Below, one piece after another: positions 20,164-29,413 of a stretch of 64,000 nt of DNA. The position numbers and the translations under genes were made by a program. Under the pieces are notes generated by a model. That model searched no databases, was not told the origin of the DNA, and was given only the letters and a program-made list of their open reading frames with translations. Location of the stretch: IMG/VR virus record IMGVR_UViG_3300042544_001941; one strand, given 5' to 3'. Each line of letters begins with the position of its first letter. Position 1 is the first letter of the stretch. This DNA comes from a virus.

Positions 20164-20540
20164 TAGTTATCGTAGTTAGCGTTTTTTATATTATTATCGT
20201 CATCGTTAACTAATTTCTCTAAAAGTTCCCTATCCTCGTCAGATAATGTCATTTTAGAGAATCCTTCTTTACCTGCAGGACCACCAGATTGTTTCAACAA
20301 TGCTCCCTGTAATTTAACTAATGAAATCTTCTTTTCTGTACAATCATTTAGTATTTTTTGTTGTTCTTTGATTACGGGTCCTATGGTACTCATATCTTCC
20401 GCATCTTTCATAAAAGACAACATTTTTTTCATAATCAGAGACGCGGTACTTCTGTTTTCAACAATATCGTTGTAAATCTCTTGCATTAGCGCCAATGCTG
20501 AGTCAGTGTCTAAGGATATGTTTTTTCTTCTATCTTTCAT
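20163..20540 (-). CDS. Hypothetical helical protein
   Basis: Start placed at ATG 20540, 3 nt after a TATTTATG motif. Confidence 0.7.
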   Translation of the reverse strand: MKDRRKNISLDTDSALALMQEIYNDIVENRSTASLIMKKMLSFMKDAEDMSTIGPVIKEQQKILNDCTEKKISLVKLQGALLKQSGGPAGKEGFSKMTLSDEDRELLEKLVNDDDNNIKNANYDN

Positions 20541-20557
20541 ATACATAAATAGATATT

Positions 20558-21259
20558 TTATGAATTTAGAAACCCAAAAATAACACCATCGTACATTTTT
20601 CTATATTTCTTAAGAGCAATCCTGATTTCCTTAGTGTTTAATGAAGTCATTTCCCTTAAGGATAATAATATTAGATTTTTGTTGAATTTGTTACCTTCCC
20701 CAACTTGGAAGATTTTTTCAAAACTGCTAAAAATTTCAAGTAACGCATAACCAAGTTTTTGTTCGTTTTCATTTAAATCTTCAGATTCAATGAACTCTTC
20801 CAATTGGATGGTCATTTTGATTATAACATCTTTATAATCTAACGTGGTTTCGTCTAAAATATATGAGAACTCAGGATTGTTTTCCATATCCGATGATATG
20901 TCATCATAGGATATCGTTCTATTATTGTCTTTACTATCTTTTTGGATTGCACCCATAAGATAGTTCTTACAGATTGTACCGAAATAGGAGTAAGCTTTAT
21001 GGTTTTTTGTGTGGTCAAACTTACTGATTTTAGTCATTAAAAATGACATAGTATCAGTATGTAAGTCAGAAAATTCCATATCTTTTCTGTAAAGTTTATA
21101 ACGTCGAATAATTGATTCGACCATTATAATTAGGGGTTCACGTAAATATTCGTTGAATATCTTATTCTTTTCCGCATCATCAGTACTTTCAAGGTACATA
21201 ACTACCGCCTTCTCTTGTTCCTCCCCAAAATATATTTTTTGGGTCCTTTTTCTTGGCAT
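20558..21259 (-). CDS. Late-transcription sigma factor (T4 gp55-like)
   Basis: Sigma region-2-like KISKFDHTKNHKAYSYFGTICKNYL. Confidence 0.75.
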   Translation of the reverse strand: MPRKRTQKIYFGEEQEKAVVMYLESTDDAEKNKIFNEYLREPLIIMVESIIRRYKLYRKDMEFSDLHTDTMSFLMTKISKFDHTKNHKAYSYFGTICKNYLMGAIQKDSKDNNRTISYDDISSDMENNPEFSYILDETTLDYKDVIIKMTIQLEEFIESEDLNENEQKLGYALLEIFSSFEKIFQVGEGNKFNKNLILLSLREMTSLNTKEIRIALKKYRKMYDGVIFGFLNS

Positions 21260-22053
21260 TAATCTGCTACATAATTTATATCACGTTTATTTTTGAAGAA
21301 AAATTCTTTTTTTGCTGTTTCTAACCAAAACTTTACTTCATTTTCGTTTAGTCTTCCGTCTTCACCATTTTTGTATGTCCAAAATAAAGAGTCTTCTCTA
21401 AAATTAACGTGTTGGTATCCTACTCTTGGGATTACCATAACTTTAACACCATTATGTGTTAATCTTAGTAAGAATTCATATGTAAAAGTTAATTTAATAT
21501 TGTCTTTAAATAAACCATTTTCTTTAACTACTTCCGTTTTAAACAATCCACCACTAGTTTGATAATTTTGGAATTCTAATAGAACTTCGTTATCAACGAA
21601 CCCTTGGTTATCAGTAAAACCGTAAGCCCAAGCGGATTCGTTGGTGAAAGATATAAATGAACCTTCAACATTAATGTCCTTTACAATTGGTAAAAACACA
21701 TCAACAGTTGGGTTGTTTTTAATGTATTCATTTACTGATGTTAACCAAATAGGTTTAAACTCATCATCAATTTCTAAAATACTAAACCACTCAGTATCAC
21801 AAGATGAAATACCAAGATTTATTTGTGTACAGAAGTCAGTTTCTTTACTTGTATTTGTGACAAGTTCAACTTCTAACTTTTGACCAAATTCAAAATTGTC
21901 AAGTTTATTTTTTACATCTAATGGACAAATGATTTTTAGTTTAATGTCATTGTGGAAATCCTCAATAGACTCTAATGCATTTGATAACATTATTGATTCT
22001 TCTTCACCAATTTTATGAATTGGTAATAGTATGGTTATATTTTTACTCTTCAT
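21259..22053 (-). CDS. Glycosyltransferase family 2 (GT-A)
   Basis: ITILLPIH N-terminus, INLGI...WFSILEIDD (DxD-like), YEFLLRL. Confidence 0.8.
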   Translation of the reverse strand: MKSKNITILLPIHKIGEEESIMLSNALESIEDFHNDIKLKIICPLDVKNKLDNFEFGQKLEVELVTNTSKETDFCTQINLGISSCDTEWFSILEIDDEFKPIWLTSVNEYIKNNPTVDVFLPIVKDINVEGSFISFTNESAWAYGFTDNQGFVDNEVLLEFQNYQTSGGLFKTEVVKENGLFKDNIKLTFTYEFLLRLTHNGVKVMVIPRVGYQHVNFREDSLFWTYKNGEDGRLNENEVKFWLETAKKEFFFKNKRDINYVAD

Positions 22054-23101
22054 TGTTTTCTGCTTTAACTTTTTCGATTGCCTTTTTAATAGAATCTTCT
22101 CTGATACTGATTAGAGAATTGAATATTGACAATGTATTATTATTGTGGGTTTCTTTAGTATATGGTACCACAGTCTCTCTCATCTTTTCTTTTACTTCAC
22201 TTGTAAGTTCAACACCTTCTAACCAAGCTAAAATAAATGTACCTAAAATCTCAACTAATTTATTTACATCATAAGTCCATAAACCATTTTCAGTTAACCA
22301 ATCAGGTTCAGTGTTAGGAATTTTACCAACAACAGGGACACCACATTTCATAGATTCTAATGGGAAAGTTCCGAATGTTGATTCGTCATCAACCCAAAGT
22401 GATACCATACATTCTTTTAGATTATCGGCAAACTCATCGTAAGACATTTGCACCATATCTCTAAATGTTATCCATCTTAATTGTGGGTACTTAATGTAAA
22501 ATTCAGAAATTAATTTTCTATGAATCAATCTGTCTCTACAACTAATTGCCACGTATGGTTTAATTGGTTTATCTGTAGGTTGGAAATTATCCCCGATAAA
22601 CGGTGGAATTAAATGAACCAAACTTTCAGGGAAATAATCTAAAATATATTTCTTTGAAGATTCACTGGTTGTGATACATTTATCAAAACCATAATCACTC
22701 CATCTACTACCAATTGGTAAAGTTTCAAAGATGTAATCTTTTTGTTGTACTAACATAACCTTAACAGATTTAATGTTAGACAATTGAGGTAATACGTTTG
22801 AATAATATTCAGGTACAACGATAACATCTTCAACTTTGATTTCAACTTTATCTTCTTTAATTGAAACGACTTCGAGACTATTATATTTGTCACCTAACCA
22901 ACCGTCAACACCTGTGTACGTTTTATCCTCAACTAAAATCTTAACGAGTCTTCCGCTTTCTTTTAGTGCTAACGCCATATCGTAGATATTTTTTACCGCA
23001 GCTCTGGCGTTATTTTTGGTATCATATGTTAAAAAATATATGACGTTTTCTTTATTACTAATCCTACTTAGTGAGGATTCTAACTTTTCAATGTTACTCA
23101 T
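22043..23101 (-). CDS. Glycosyltransferase (GT-B, GT4-like)
   Basis: DVIVVPE; STFGTFPLESMKCGVPVVG, matching the (E)xFGxxxxEAMxxGxPVV motif. Confidence 0.8.
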   Translation of the reverse strand: MSNIEKLESSLSRISNKENVIYFLTYDTKNNARAAVKNIYDMALALKESGRLVKILVEDKTYTGVDGWLGDKYNSLEVVSIKEDKVEIKVEDVIVVPEYYSNVLPQLSNIKSVKVMLVQQKDYIFETLPIGSRWSDYGFDKCITTSESSKKYILDYFPESLVHLIPPFIGDNFQPTDKPIKPYVAISCRDRLIHRKLISEFYIKYPQLRWITFRDMVQMSYDEFADNLKECMVSLWVDDESTFGTFPLESMKCGVPVVGKIPNTEPDWLTENGLWTYDVNKLVEILGTFILAWLEGVELTSEVKEKMRETVVPYTKETHNNNTLSIFNSLISIREDSIKKAIEKVKAENNEE

Positions 23102-23378
23102 TTTCTTCTATTAATATGTTATTTTTTAGTAAAGTATTGAATGCAATTCTAAATGAAACAGTGGTTTCTTTTTGAGCAAATATTCCCATTTCCTCGTCTG
23201 AGTCTTCAAATTCGTTTAAAACTCTTTCAATACACATTTTTATTACTTCGTACTTGAAGATGTTGATTTCAAGAGTTTCTGAATCATCTTCTTCATCTTT
23301 AATTGTTTTACCGGTTCTACATACTTCACTAATCGAGTCAAGGTCGATGTAATAAAGTTTTCCGAAGACTTCAACCAT
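23094..23378 (-). CDS. Hypothetical protein
   Basis: 94-aa ORF whose stop overlaps the GT start. Confidence 0.65.
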   Translation of the reverse strand: MVEVFGKLYYIDLDSISEVCRTGKTIKDEEDDSETLEINIFKYEVIKMCIERVLNEFEDSDEEMGIFAQKETTVSFRIAFNTLLKNNILIEENE

Positions 23379-23959
23379 AATTTATCTATTTCTGTTAATT
23401 TATTGATTTCTAACTTATTTGTAAAGTACTCATTATATGTGGTGTTAAACTTAATTGCCTTTTTATTTTTTGGACAGGCGTCAATAATCTTTTTATTATC
23501 TGTAATCCACAAATCACATTTACTCCATAGGTTTGAAATATCTGAGGTTGTGATAAACTTGATGTTGTTTGACATACAACCATTTCTCGATAAGTAAAAT
23601 AGAGTTGCGGATTTAGCTTTACCCAATTCATCCAAACCAACTAATGTAATGTTGTGTTCTTTATTTTCGTAGACAAACTTATTAAACTCAAGAAACACGT
23701 TTTGGTAACTATTGGTTGCGTGACCAAATATTTCTATTGGGTAATCGATGAATACAAAGTTTTCAAATTCTTCTTTCGATTGAAATTTGTAGTAATCTAA
23801 AAGATTATCGTTTTGGATTTTACCTTCTTTACCATATTCAAAAGATTCTCTTTCGTCCCCTTCTTCAACTTCGGTATCAATAAAATAATCTTGGTAGTGA
23901 TAATCGAATTTCTGTATGATGTTTCTTAGAACACCGTCTATACTTATAAAAATTTCCAT
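23243..23959 (-). CDS. HAD-fold 5'(3')-deoxyribonucleotidase-like protein with degenerate active site
   Basis: IFISIDGVLRN (motif I, first Asp replaced by Ser), CDLWITD (motif IV), FNTTYN. Confidence 0.65.
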   Translation of the reverse strand: MEIFISIDGVLRNIIQKFDYHYQDYFIDTEVEEGDERESFEYGKEGKIQNDNLLDYYKFQSKEEFENFVFIDYPIEIFGHATNSYQNVFLEFNKFVYENKEHNITLVGLDELGKAKSATLFYLSRNGCMSNNIKFITTSDISNLWSKCDLWITDNKKIIDACPKNKKAIKFNTTYNEYFTNKLEINKLTEIDKLWLKSSENFITSTLTRLVKYVEPVKQLKMKKMIQKLLKSTSSSTK

Positions 23960-23995
23960 AGTTTAAATATAACACTAAGGAGATTATAAGTAAAC

Positions 23996-24036
23996 AATAA
24001 ACCCACACCATTATGATAAACGATGTGGGTTTATTA
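23996..24036. terminator. Hairpin, probable terminator between phoH and the HAD gene
   Basis: AATAAACCCACA-N16-TGTGGGTTTATT inverted repeat. Confidence 0.6.
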
Positions 24037-24055
24037 ATCAAAAATAGATTTATTG

Positions 24056-24766
24056 TTATTCGTACCTTTCTAATATTTCTGATATGATAGGATTTCTCAC
24101 GATATCCTCCATACCAAATTCAAAGACACCAATACCTCTAACATCACCTAATCTCTTTTTAGCGTCATATAAACCTGACTTGGTTTTATCTTTAAATTTA
24201 TCTGATTGTTCTAAGTCTCCCGATAAAAAGAACTTTGAGTTGAATCCGATACGAGTTAGTAATAATTTAATTTGTGCAGGAGTAGCGTTCTGAGCTTCTT
24301 CAAAAACAAGAATAGTATTATCCACATTCCATCCTCTCATATAAGCAAGTGCAGCAACTTCAATGAATCCTTCATCTTTCAATGCCTCTCTCGACTCCTT
24401 ACCAATTATCTTATTTAAAAGATAATACGAAGGATAAATGTACGGGTCTAACTTTTCTTCTAATCCACCGGGTAGGGAACCTAATTTTTCCTCAGCTTCC
24501 ACAGCAGGTCTAACAATGATAATTTTTTCATATTTGTTATTATCATCCCACAATAAATCGATTGCTCTTTTCATTGCGATGTACGATTTTCCTACCCCCG
24601 CCGGTCCAAAACATAAAGTAATTTGATTATCACCTAAGATTTTCCAGTATTCTTCTTGATTTTTAGTTAAAAACTTCTCTTTTGGTTTTTTAATTAATTC
24701 CCTAATTCTTTGTTTAGGTAGTGTTTTCTTATCCTCTTGGACACTTTTTACTTTCTGTTTCAACAA
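24056..24766 (-). CDS. phoH: PhoH-family ATPase
   Basis: GPAGVGKS, RPAVE, LGSLPG, AYMRG, EAQNAT, GDLEQSD, DIVRNP; TTG start (24766 or 24763). Confidence 0.95.
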   Translation of the reverse strand: MLKQKVKSVQEDKKTLPKQRIRELIKKPKEKFLTKNQEEYWKILGDNQITLCFGPAGVGKSYIAMKRAIDLLWDDNNKYEKIIIVRPAVEAEEKLGSLPGGLEEKLDPYIYPSYYLLNKIIGKESREALKDEGFIEVAALAYMRGWNVDNTILVFEEAQNATPAQIKLLLTRIGFNSKFFLSGDLEQSDKFKDKTKSGLYDAKKRLGDVRGIGVFEFGMEDIVRNPIISEILERYE

Positions 24767-24811
24767 AATATCTCCTGTTTAATTTGTGTGTTATTATGTT
24801 ATAAATATCAT

Positions 24812-25447
24812 CTAACTACCTGTAGAACCAAATCCACCTTCTCCTCTTTCAGTATCTGAAAGTTCGGTGGACTCTATCATTTTTATTTGTGGGTAGGGTA
24901 AAATTACTATTTGAGCTCCTCTTTCCCCTGTATTGTATTTAAACGAATCCAACCCGTTTGTTTTCTTAAACGTAGCTTGTAACTCACCTCTATAACCACT
25001 ATCAATTACACCAACTGAATTAGACAATAATAAATCATACTTTCTAATTGATGACCTTGGGAATACTAATCCGACATATCCTTTAGGTATTTCTAATGCA
25101 ATACCAAAACCATATGATACACTAAATGAAGTATTTTCAATAACAGATGTGATGGTTAAATCCATACCCGCATCTCCTTCTTTTGAATAAGAAGGGATAA
25201 CCGCGTTAGGGTGTAATTTTTTTACTTTTACTTTGGTGTAAAATACGGGTTGGTCGGGTTTAACATTTGTGATAGATTCCATCATTTCATTCTCAACGTC
25301 TTTGTTCAATGAAACCAATACGTGGTTCAATGTCTGAATGAAATTATCATCTAAATCACCTGAATTGTCGGTATCGGAATCTTCCGATATTTCGTTATTC
25401 AATTCCATCAATTTATTGATGTAATCTTGGACTTTATCTTTTTCCAT
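24812..25447 (-). CDS. dut: Trimeric dUTPase with acidic N-terminal extension
   Basis: AGMDL, PRSS, GVIDSGYRGE, AQIV, RGEGGFGSTG. Confidence 0.96.
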   Translation of the reverse strand: MEKDKVQDYINKLMELNNEISEDSDTDNSGDLDDNFIQTLNHVLVSLNKDVENEMMESITNVKPDQPVFYTKVKVKKLHPNAVIPSYSKEGDAGMDLTITSVIENTSFSVSYGFGIALEIPKGYVGLVFPRSSIRKYDLLLSNSVGVIDSGYRGELQATFKKTNGLDSFKYNTGERGAQIVILPYPQIKMIESTELSDTERGEGGFGSTGS

Positions 25448-25451
25448 AATA

Positions 25452-25667
25452 TTAATTACTTCGTTTTTCTGAAATCCATTTATCTAATGCCTTAATTCTT
25501 TTTTTAAGGTCTTCGTCTTGAGGTCTTAAACAAATTTCAACGAATAAATCAGTAATTCGTACCAATTCCTCTAAAGTTACTGACACTCCGACAGATTGTA
25601 CATACTCCAAAGCCATTTTACTTTGGGATTGACGCATAATCTGTATTTCACGACTATAGAATTCCAT
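25452..25667 (-). CDS. Hypothetical protein
   Basis: 71-aa ORF in the operon. Confidence 0.65.
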   Translation of the reverse strand: MEFYSREIQIMRQSQSKMALEYVQSVGVSVTLEELVRITDLFVEICLRPQDEDLKKRIKALDKWISEKRSN

Positions 25668-25679
25668 TTTTTTTATTTT

Positions 25680-25913
25680 TTATGATTTGTAATATTCAGG
25701 AGTATTTTTTTCATCGATAACACATTCGATTGGCATCTTAACAACGCTTAAACTTTCACTTCCTCGAATGTCGCCCGCACGATACTTTCCTGCCACGATT
25801 GTTGCTTCCTCTACTGATTCTGCCTGAAGGACGTATTTTACTTTTTTAATACGTGGGTTACCTTCTCTGTCCATTTGTTCGGTTTCATAACCGATAGTTA
25901 CTAAGTAATACAT
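25680..25913 (-). CDS. DUF4494-like small protein
   Basis: YYLVTIGYE...GNPRIKKVKYVLQAESVEEA resembles the Bacteroidota DUF4494 pattern (..Y......KKV.E.YLVDA.S.TEAE). Confidence 0.6.
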   Translation of the reverse strand: MYYLVTIGYETEQMDREGNPRIKKVKYVLQAESVEEATIVAGKYRAGDIRGSESLSVVKMPIECVIDEKNTPEYYKS

Positions 25914-25925
25914 AATTGTTCTTTT

Positions 25926-27155
25926 TTATTTTTTAATTATTGATTTGAAAAACTCTGCTCTATTTTTATTAACTGTGTTTAAAGAATATTTGTCCTTAAC
26001 AGTTTCATAAAGTTTATTTCCTAAGTCCTCAATCATATTAGGATTCTCAACTAATTTTTTCATATGTTGAGCCCATTGTTTATGATTCTTTCTTGGGGAC
26101 ACTAATAACGCATTTCCTTTGGTATTGAATGTTCCTTGGTCAACCGCACTTATCAAGTCAATAGTGTATGGGTCACAATCACTAGCAATGATTGCCTTTT
26201 TGTGAAACCCTGCTTCAATAACTTTTAATTGGGATTTGTTACCATTAAATAAACTTTCAACTACAGGAGCTAAAGATACGTCAAACAAATTATAATTGGT
26301 TGCGTATTTTGAAATTTCTTTTGTCCATCTTCTTCTATATGGTTCGTTTACATCATCGTAATCGTCTTCCTTAAATGATAATAGATAGTTCTTATATTCT
26401 TCAGACAATATCTTATAATCATCTGTGAACATTTTTTCATATTGATACCAAACGGTTTCCATTGGTTTGATAGGTCTTTGTTTCACTTCACCTGTTTGTT
26501 GGTTAACCTCATTTACATTACCTCTTAAATCAAACCCACATAGTACAAACTGAGTCTTATCTTTGTATGAAGATAATGTACTTGAGATTCCACTTTTAAT
26601 TAATTCTAAGTCGTAAAGGTGTGAAGAACCTCCTAACCAACCAAATCTAATTTTATCTGATTTTTCAGGACTAGATTTAAATTGTGATTCGTTTTCATCA
26701 ATTGCGTTTGGAAATACTAACACGTTCTTAACACCCAATCTTTTGATTATTGTATCTCTGAATATTGGTGTGGTGGTAGTTACATAATCCGCCGCTCTTA
26801 GTAATTGAACTTTCTTTTTGTGGGTTTCACTTTTGATAATTTGTCGATGCATCGGGTGTCTATGGTCAGGTTCCCAATAATCATCGATGTCACATACAAC
26901 AATAATTCCTTTCTTTTTTAACCAATCAATTCTTTCGATGTTTTTTTCAAAGGGTACTTTATTGTGGATAAAGCTATGTAAAACAACAACATCGTAATTG
27001 TCAAATTCCGAATCATTGTCTTCAACATTGTATTTTATATCGATGTGAAAATCATCCCCATAGTTTTCTTGTAAGTGGGTATAGGGACCCATAATTCTAA
27101 ATTTACCAACGCCGTATTGGTCTGATGGAACAGCTAAAATTCTAATTTTTGACAT
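25926..27155 (-). CDS. Glycosyltransferase (GT-B, GT4-like)
   Basis: VCDIDDYW, ADYVTTTT, FPNAID, FGWLGGSSH, DVSLAP...FNGNKSQLKVIEAG; start placed at ATG 27155. Confidence 0.85.
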   Translation of the reverse strand: MSKIRILAVPSDQYGVGKFRIMGPYTHLQENYGDDFHIDIKYNVEDNDSEFDNYDVVVLHSFIHNKVPFEKNIERIDWLKKKGIIVVCDIDDYWEPDHRHPMHRQIIKSETHKKKVQLLRAADYVTTTTPIFRDTIIKRLGVKNVLVFPNAIDENESQFKSSPEKSDKIRFGWLGGSSHLYDLELIKSGISSTLSSYKDKTQFVLCGFDLRGNVNEVNQQTGEVKQRPIKPMETVWYQYEKMFTDDYKILSEEYKNYLLSFKEDDYDDVNEPYRRRWTKEISKYATNYNLFDVSLAPVVESLFNGNKSQLKVIEAGFHKKAIIASDCDPYTIDLISAVDQGTFNTKGNALLVSPRKNHKQWAQHMKKLVENPNMIEDLGNKLYETVKDKYSLNTVNKNRAEFFKSIIKK

Positions 27156-27189
27156 AATAAGTAATACCACTTAATGTGTGGATATATCA

Positions 27190-27220
27190 AAAATATAATG
27201 AAAAAAAATGAAAAAACAAA
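27190..27220 (-). promoter_or_regulatory. Bacteroidota-type promoter TTTG-N19-TATATTTT
   Basis: Minus-strand match upstream of the GT4/dut block. Confidence 0.5.
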
Positions 27221-27221
27221 A

Positions 27222-27818
27222 CTACTTTGCCTTATTTACGCCAGTAATTTTACCTTTGAATATTGAATCCCCGACTTTCAAAACAAGATTCTCATTAATT
27301 GTAGATGTTTGTTGTGCTGTCAAAATTTGACTTAACTTTTCATCCATAACTTTTCTAACCGTATTTTCTATTAATGTTGCTAATGCGTTCATATTCACAC
27401 CACTAGCGTTACCTGTTGGTTGTGGTGATGGTTTCTTTTGTGTTTGTTTCGATTGTACACCTTCTTGTTCCATTAATCGTTTCGCACCTTTAACGAAATC
27501 CATATCTAAACTATCACTTAAAGAAATTTGTGGAATAGGATTTTCAATCATAGCTTTTTTAATTGCATCAGGTAATTTAGATTGTTGAATTCTATCAGCT
27601 GTTGGTGTACCTACAGGTCTAGTGTTTACTTGTGGTTGACTTTGTTCATAAGATTCTGAAAGATATTCAGAATCATTTGACGGTGCTATCAATCTACTTT
27701 CATCTATGTTACCTCTTTCGAAATCACCAGTATCGACTTTATTCATTAATTTTTTCGCTTGTACCAATTTACTCATTAAATCGTTTGACGATATTGGACC
27801 ATTGTTTAATTTTGACAT
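27222..27818 (-). CDS. Hypothetical late protein
   Basis: 198 aa; TATTTATA (27821-27828) 2 nt before the ATG. Confidence 0.75.
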   Translation of the reverse strand: MSKLNNGPISSNDLMSKLVQAKKLMNKVDTGDFERGNIDESRLIAPSNDSEYLSESYEQSQPQVNTRPVGTPTADRIQQSKLPDAIKKAMIENPIPQISLSDSLDMDFVKGAKRLMEQEGVQSKQTQKKPSPQPTGNASGVNMNALATLIENTVRKVMDEKLSQILTAQQTSTINENLVLKVGDSIFKGKITGVNKAK

Positions 27819-27838
27819 ATTATAAATATATTTTTAAT

Positions 27839-28753
27839 TTATGAATTTATCAAGATTTTAAATCTTCTAATTGTTTCTGATAAATTCTCAGGTGTTGGGT
27901 TTGTTTGATTTTCATCATTTAATTTCACATTATCTTGAGAAATTAATGCATCTAATTCGGCTCTTGATGATTTATCAAACCTTTGTCTAGTCCCCTCACC
28001 AGGTCTTTCGTTACCACTAATTTGTCTTTGGTAATTTTTCCACTCACCTTCCTTTTTGTTATATAAATCTTTAACGGCAGACTCATAGTCTTGACGACTA
28101 AGAACTTTCTCACCATTTACATCTTTTATTTTAGTTTTTAACGTATTATAAACATCCTGTCCATACTTAGGTTCGTTTGGTTCAGGTTTCTCAGTAGGTT
28201 TATCAGGTTGAACCAAAGGTTCTGGTTGTGGTGTTGGGGTAGGTTGTGGTTGCGGTTTCGCCGTAGGAGTTGTTTTTGGAACAATCTTTTTAGGTTGTGG
28301 TGGTGCAGGTTGTGTCGGTTGGTCCTTTTTAAATCTTGGGTCGTCCTCGAACCAATATGGTGAGAATACATCGACCTGACTTAAAGATTTCATTGCATTT
28401 GGTGCTTTACCTTTTTGATAATCGGGTAAGTCAGTTAATTTAAAAGGATTTAAACCTGGTTTTGTTTTTACTTCCTTAACTCGGTCAAGTCTAAACATTT
28501 TCCATCCAGGTAAACCTTTTTTAGAAGTTCCTTTAAAAACGTAAGCCCAAAATACTTTGTTACCTGATTTAGCATTAGTTCCTAAAACAACGGGTTCAAT
28601 ATCATATCGTAAACCGTTTAATACTTCATCATCATCACTTCTATAATCAATAGTGATAGGTTTTCTCTCACTAATAGCATTCCTAATCAAGAGAGTTTTA
28701 GTATCATCCTGTTCGTTTAATAATAATTTAAATATGTTAGATATAATACCCAT
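27839..28753 (-). CDS. WYL-domain protein with Pro-rich linker
   Basis: IRNAISERKPITIDY...RYDIEPVVLG...FWAY...WKMFRLDRV; PQPQPTPTPQPEP linker. Confidence 0.8.
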   Translation of the reverse strand: MGIISNIFKLLLNEQDDTKTLLIRNAISERKPITIDYRSDDDEVLNGLRYDIEPVVLGTNAKSGNKVFWAYVFKGTSKKGLPGWKMFRLDRVKEVKTKPGLNPFKLTDLPDYQKGKAPNAMKSLSQVDVFSPYWFEDDPRFKKDQPTQPAPPQPKKIVPKTTPTAKPQPQPTPTPQPEPLVQPDKPTEKPEPNEPKYGQDVYNTLKTKIKDVNGEKVLSRQDYESAVKDLYNKKEGEWKNYQRQISGNERPGEGTRQRFDKSSRAELDALISQDNVKLNDENQTNPTPENLSETIRRFKILINS

Positions 28754-29412
28754 TAAAAATCAGGATAACCTTTATTTTTGTTAAATTTATTAGTTGCAAC
28801 TACTTGATTTCTTGTATTGATATCTGTTGTTGAACCAACTTGTCCGTTATTATCACCTTTACCTTTTTCATCATTATCTGAAATTGCGTTCGGGTGAGTT
28901 AATCCATATGAATTATTACTTCCGTATAAATTTTTACTTAAGTTTTGTGTTCTTAAATTAATATCAGTAGATGAACCAACTTTACCACTATTCTCACCTT
29001 TTCCTCTTTCATCACCATCAGATATCGCATTTGGATTTGTAACTCCATATCCAAAACCATCGTTGTATAAATTTCTACCTAAAAGTGAAACTCTTGTATT
29101 AATGTCTGTTGTTGAACCTACTTGACCATTACTCTCACCTTTTCCTTTTTCGTCACCATCTGATAACGCATTACGATTAGCGTCAGAATATTCATTAGAA
29201 CTATTATATGTATTTCTCGCTAAACTGTCAATTCTTGAGTTAATATCTACTCTAGAACCAATCTTACCTTCATTATCTCCCTTACCTTTTTCATCTCCTG
29301 TAGATAATGCGTTTTCGTGCATTGAACTATAGATTCCCTTATCAGTGTATGAATTTTTAGTTATATGTTCTTTTCTGAATTTTTCCGCAAGTATCTCAAG
29401 TTGTGTTGCCAT
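28753..29412 (-). CDS. Tandem-repeat protein (about 4.4 x 47 aa)
   Basis: Unit NA(L/I)SDGDEKGKG....GxVGSxxDINxR......N.Y. Confidence 0.85.
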   Translation of the reverse strand: MATQLEILAEKFRKEHITKNSYTDKGIYSSMHENALSTGDEKGKGDNEGKIGSRVDINSRIDSLARNTYNSSNEYSDANRNALSDGDEKGKGESNGQVGSTTDINTRVSLLGRNLYNDGFGYGVTNPNAISDGDERGKGENSGKVGSSTDINLRTQNLSKNLYGSNNSYGLTHPNAISDNDEKGKGDNNGQVGSTTDINTRNQVVATNKFNKNKGYPDF

Positions 29413-29413
29413 A

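Noticed and set aside
20163-20540. Small terminase subunit
   Set aside because: Size and helical character fit, but no diagnostic motif is recognisable and it is not next to terL; needs an HHpred search
28753-29412. 141-bp periodicity as a CRISPR array or DGR
   Set aside because: The repeats are in frame, degenerate at synonymous sites and have no unique spacers; no cas or reverse transcriptase gene is in the window
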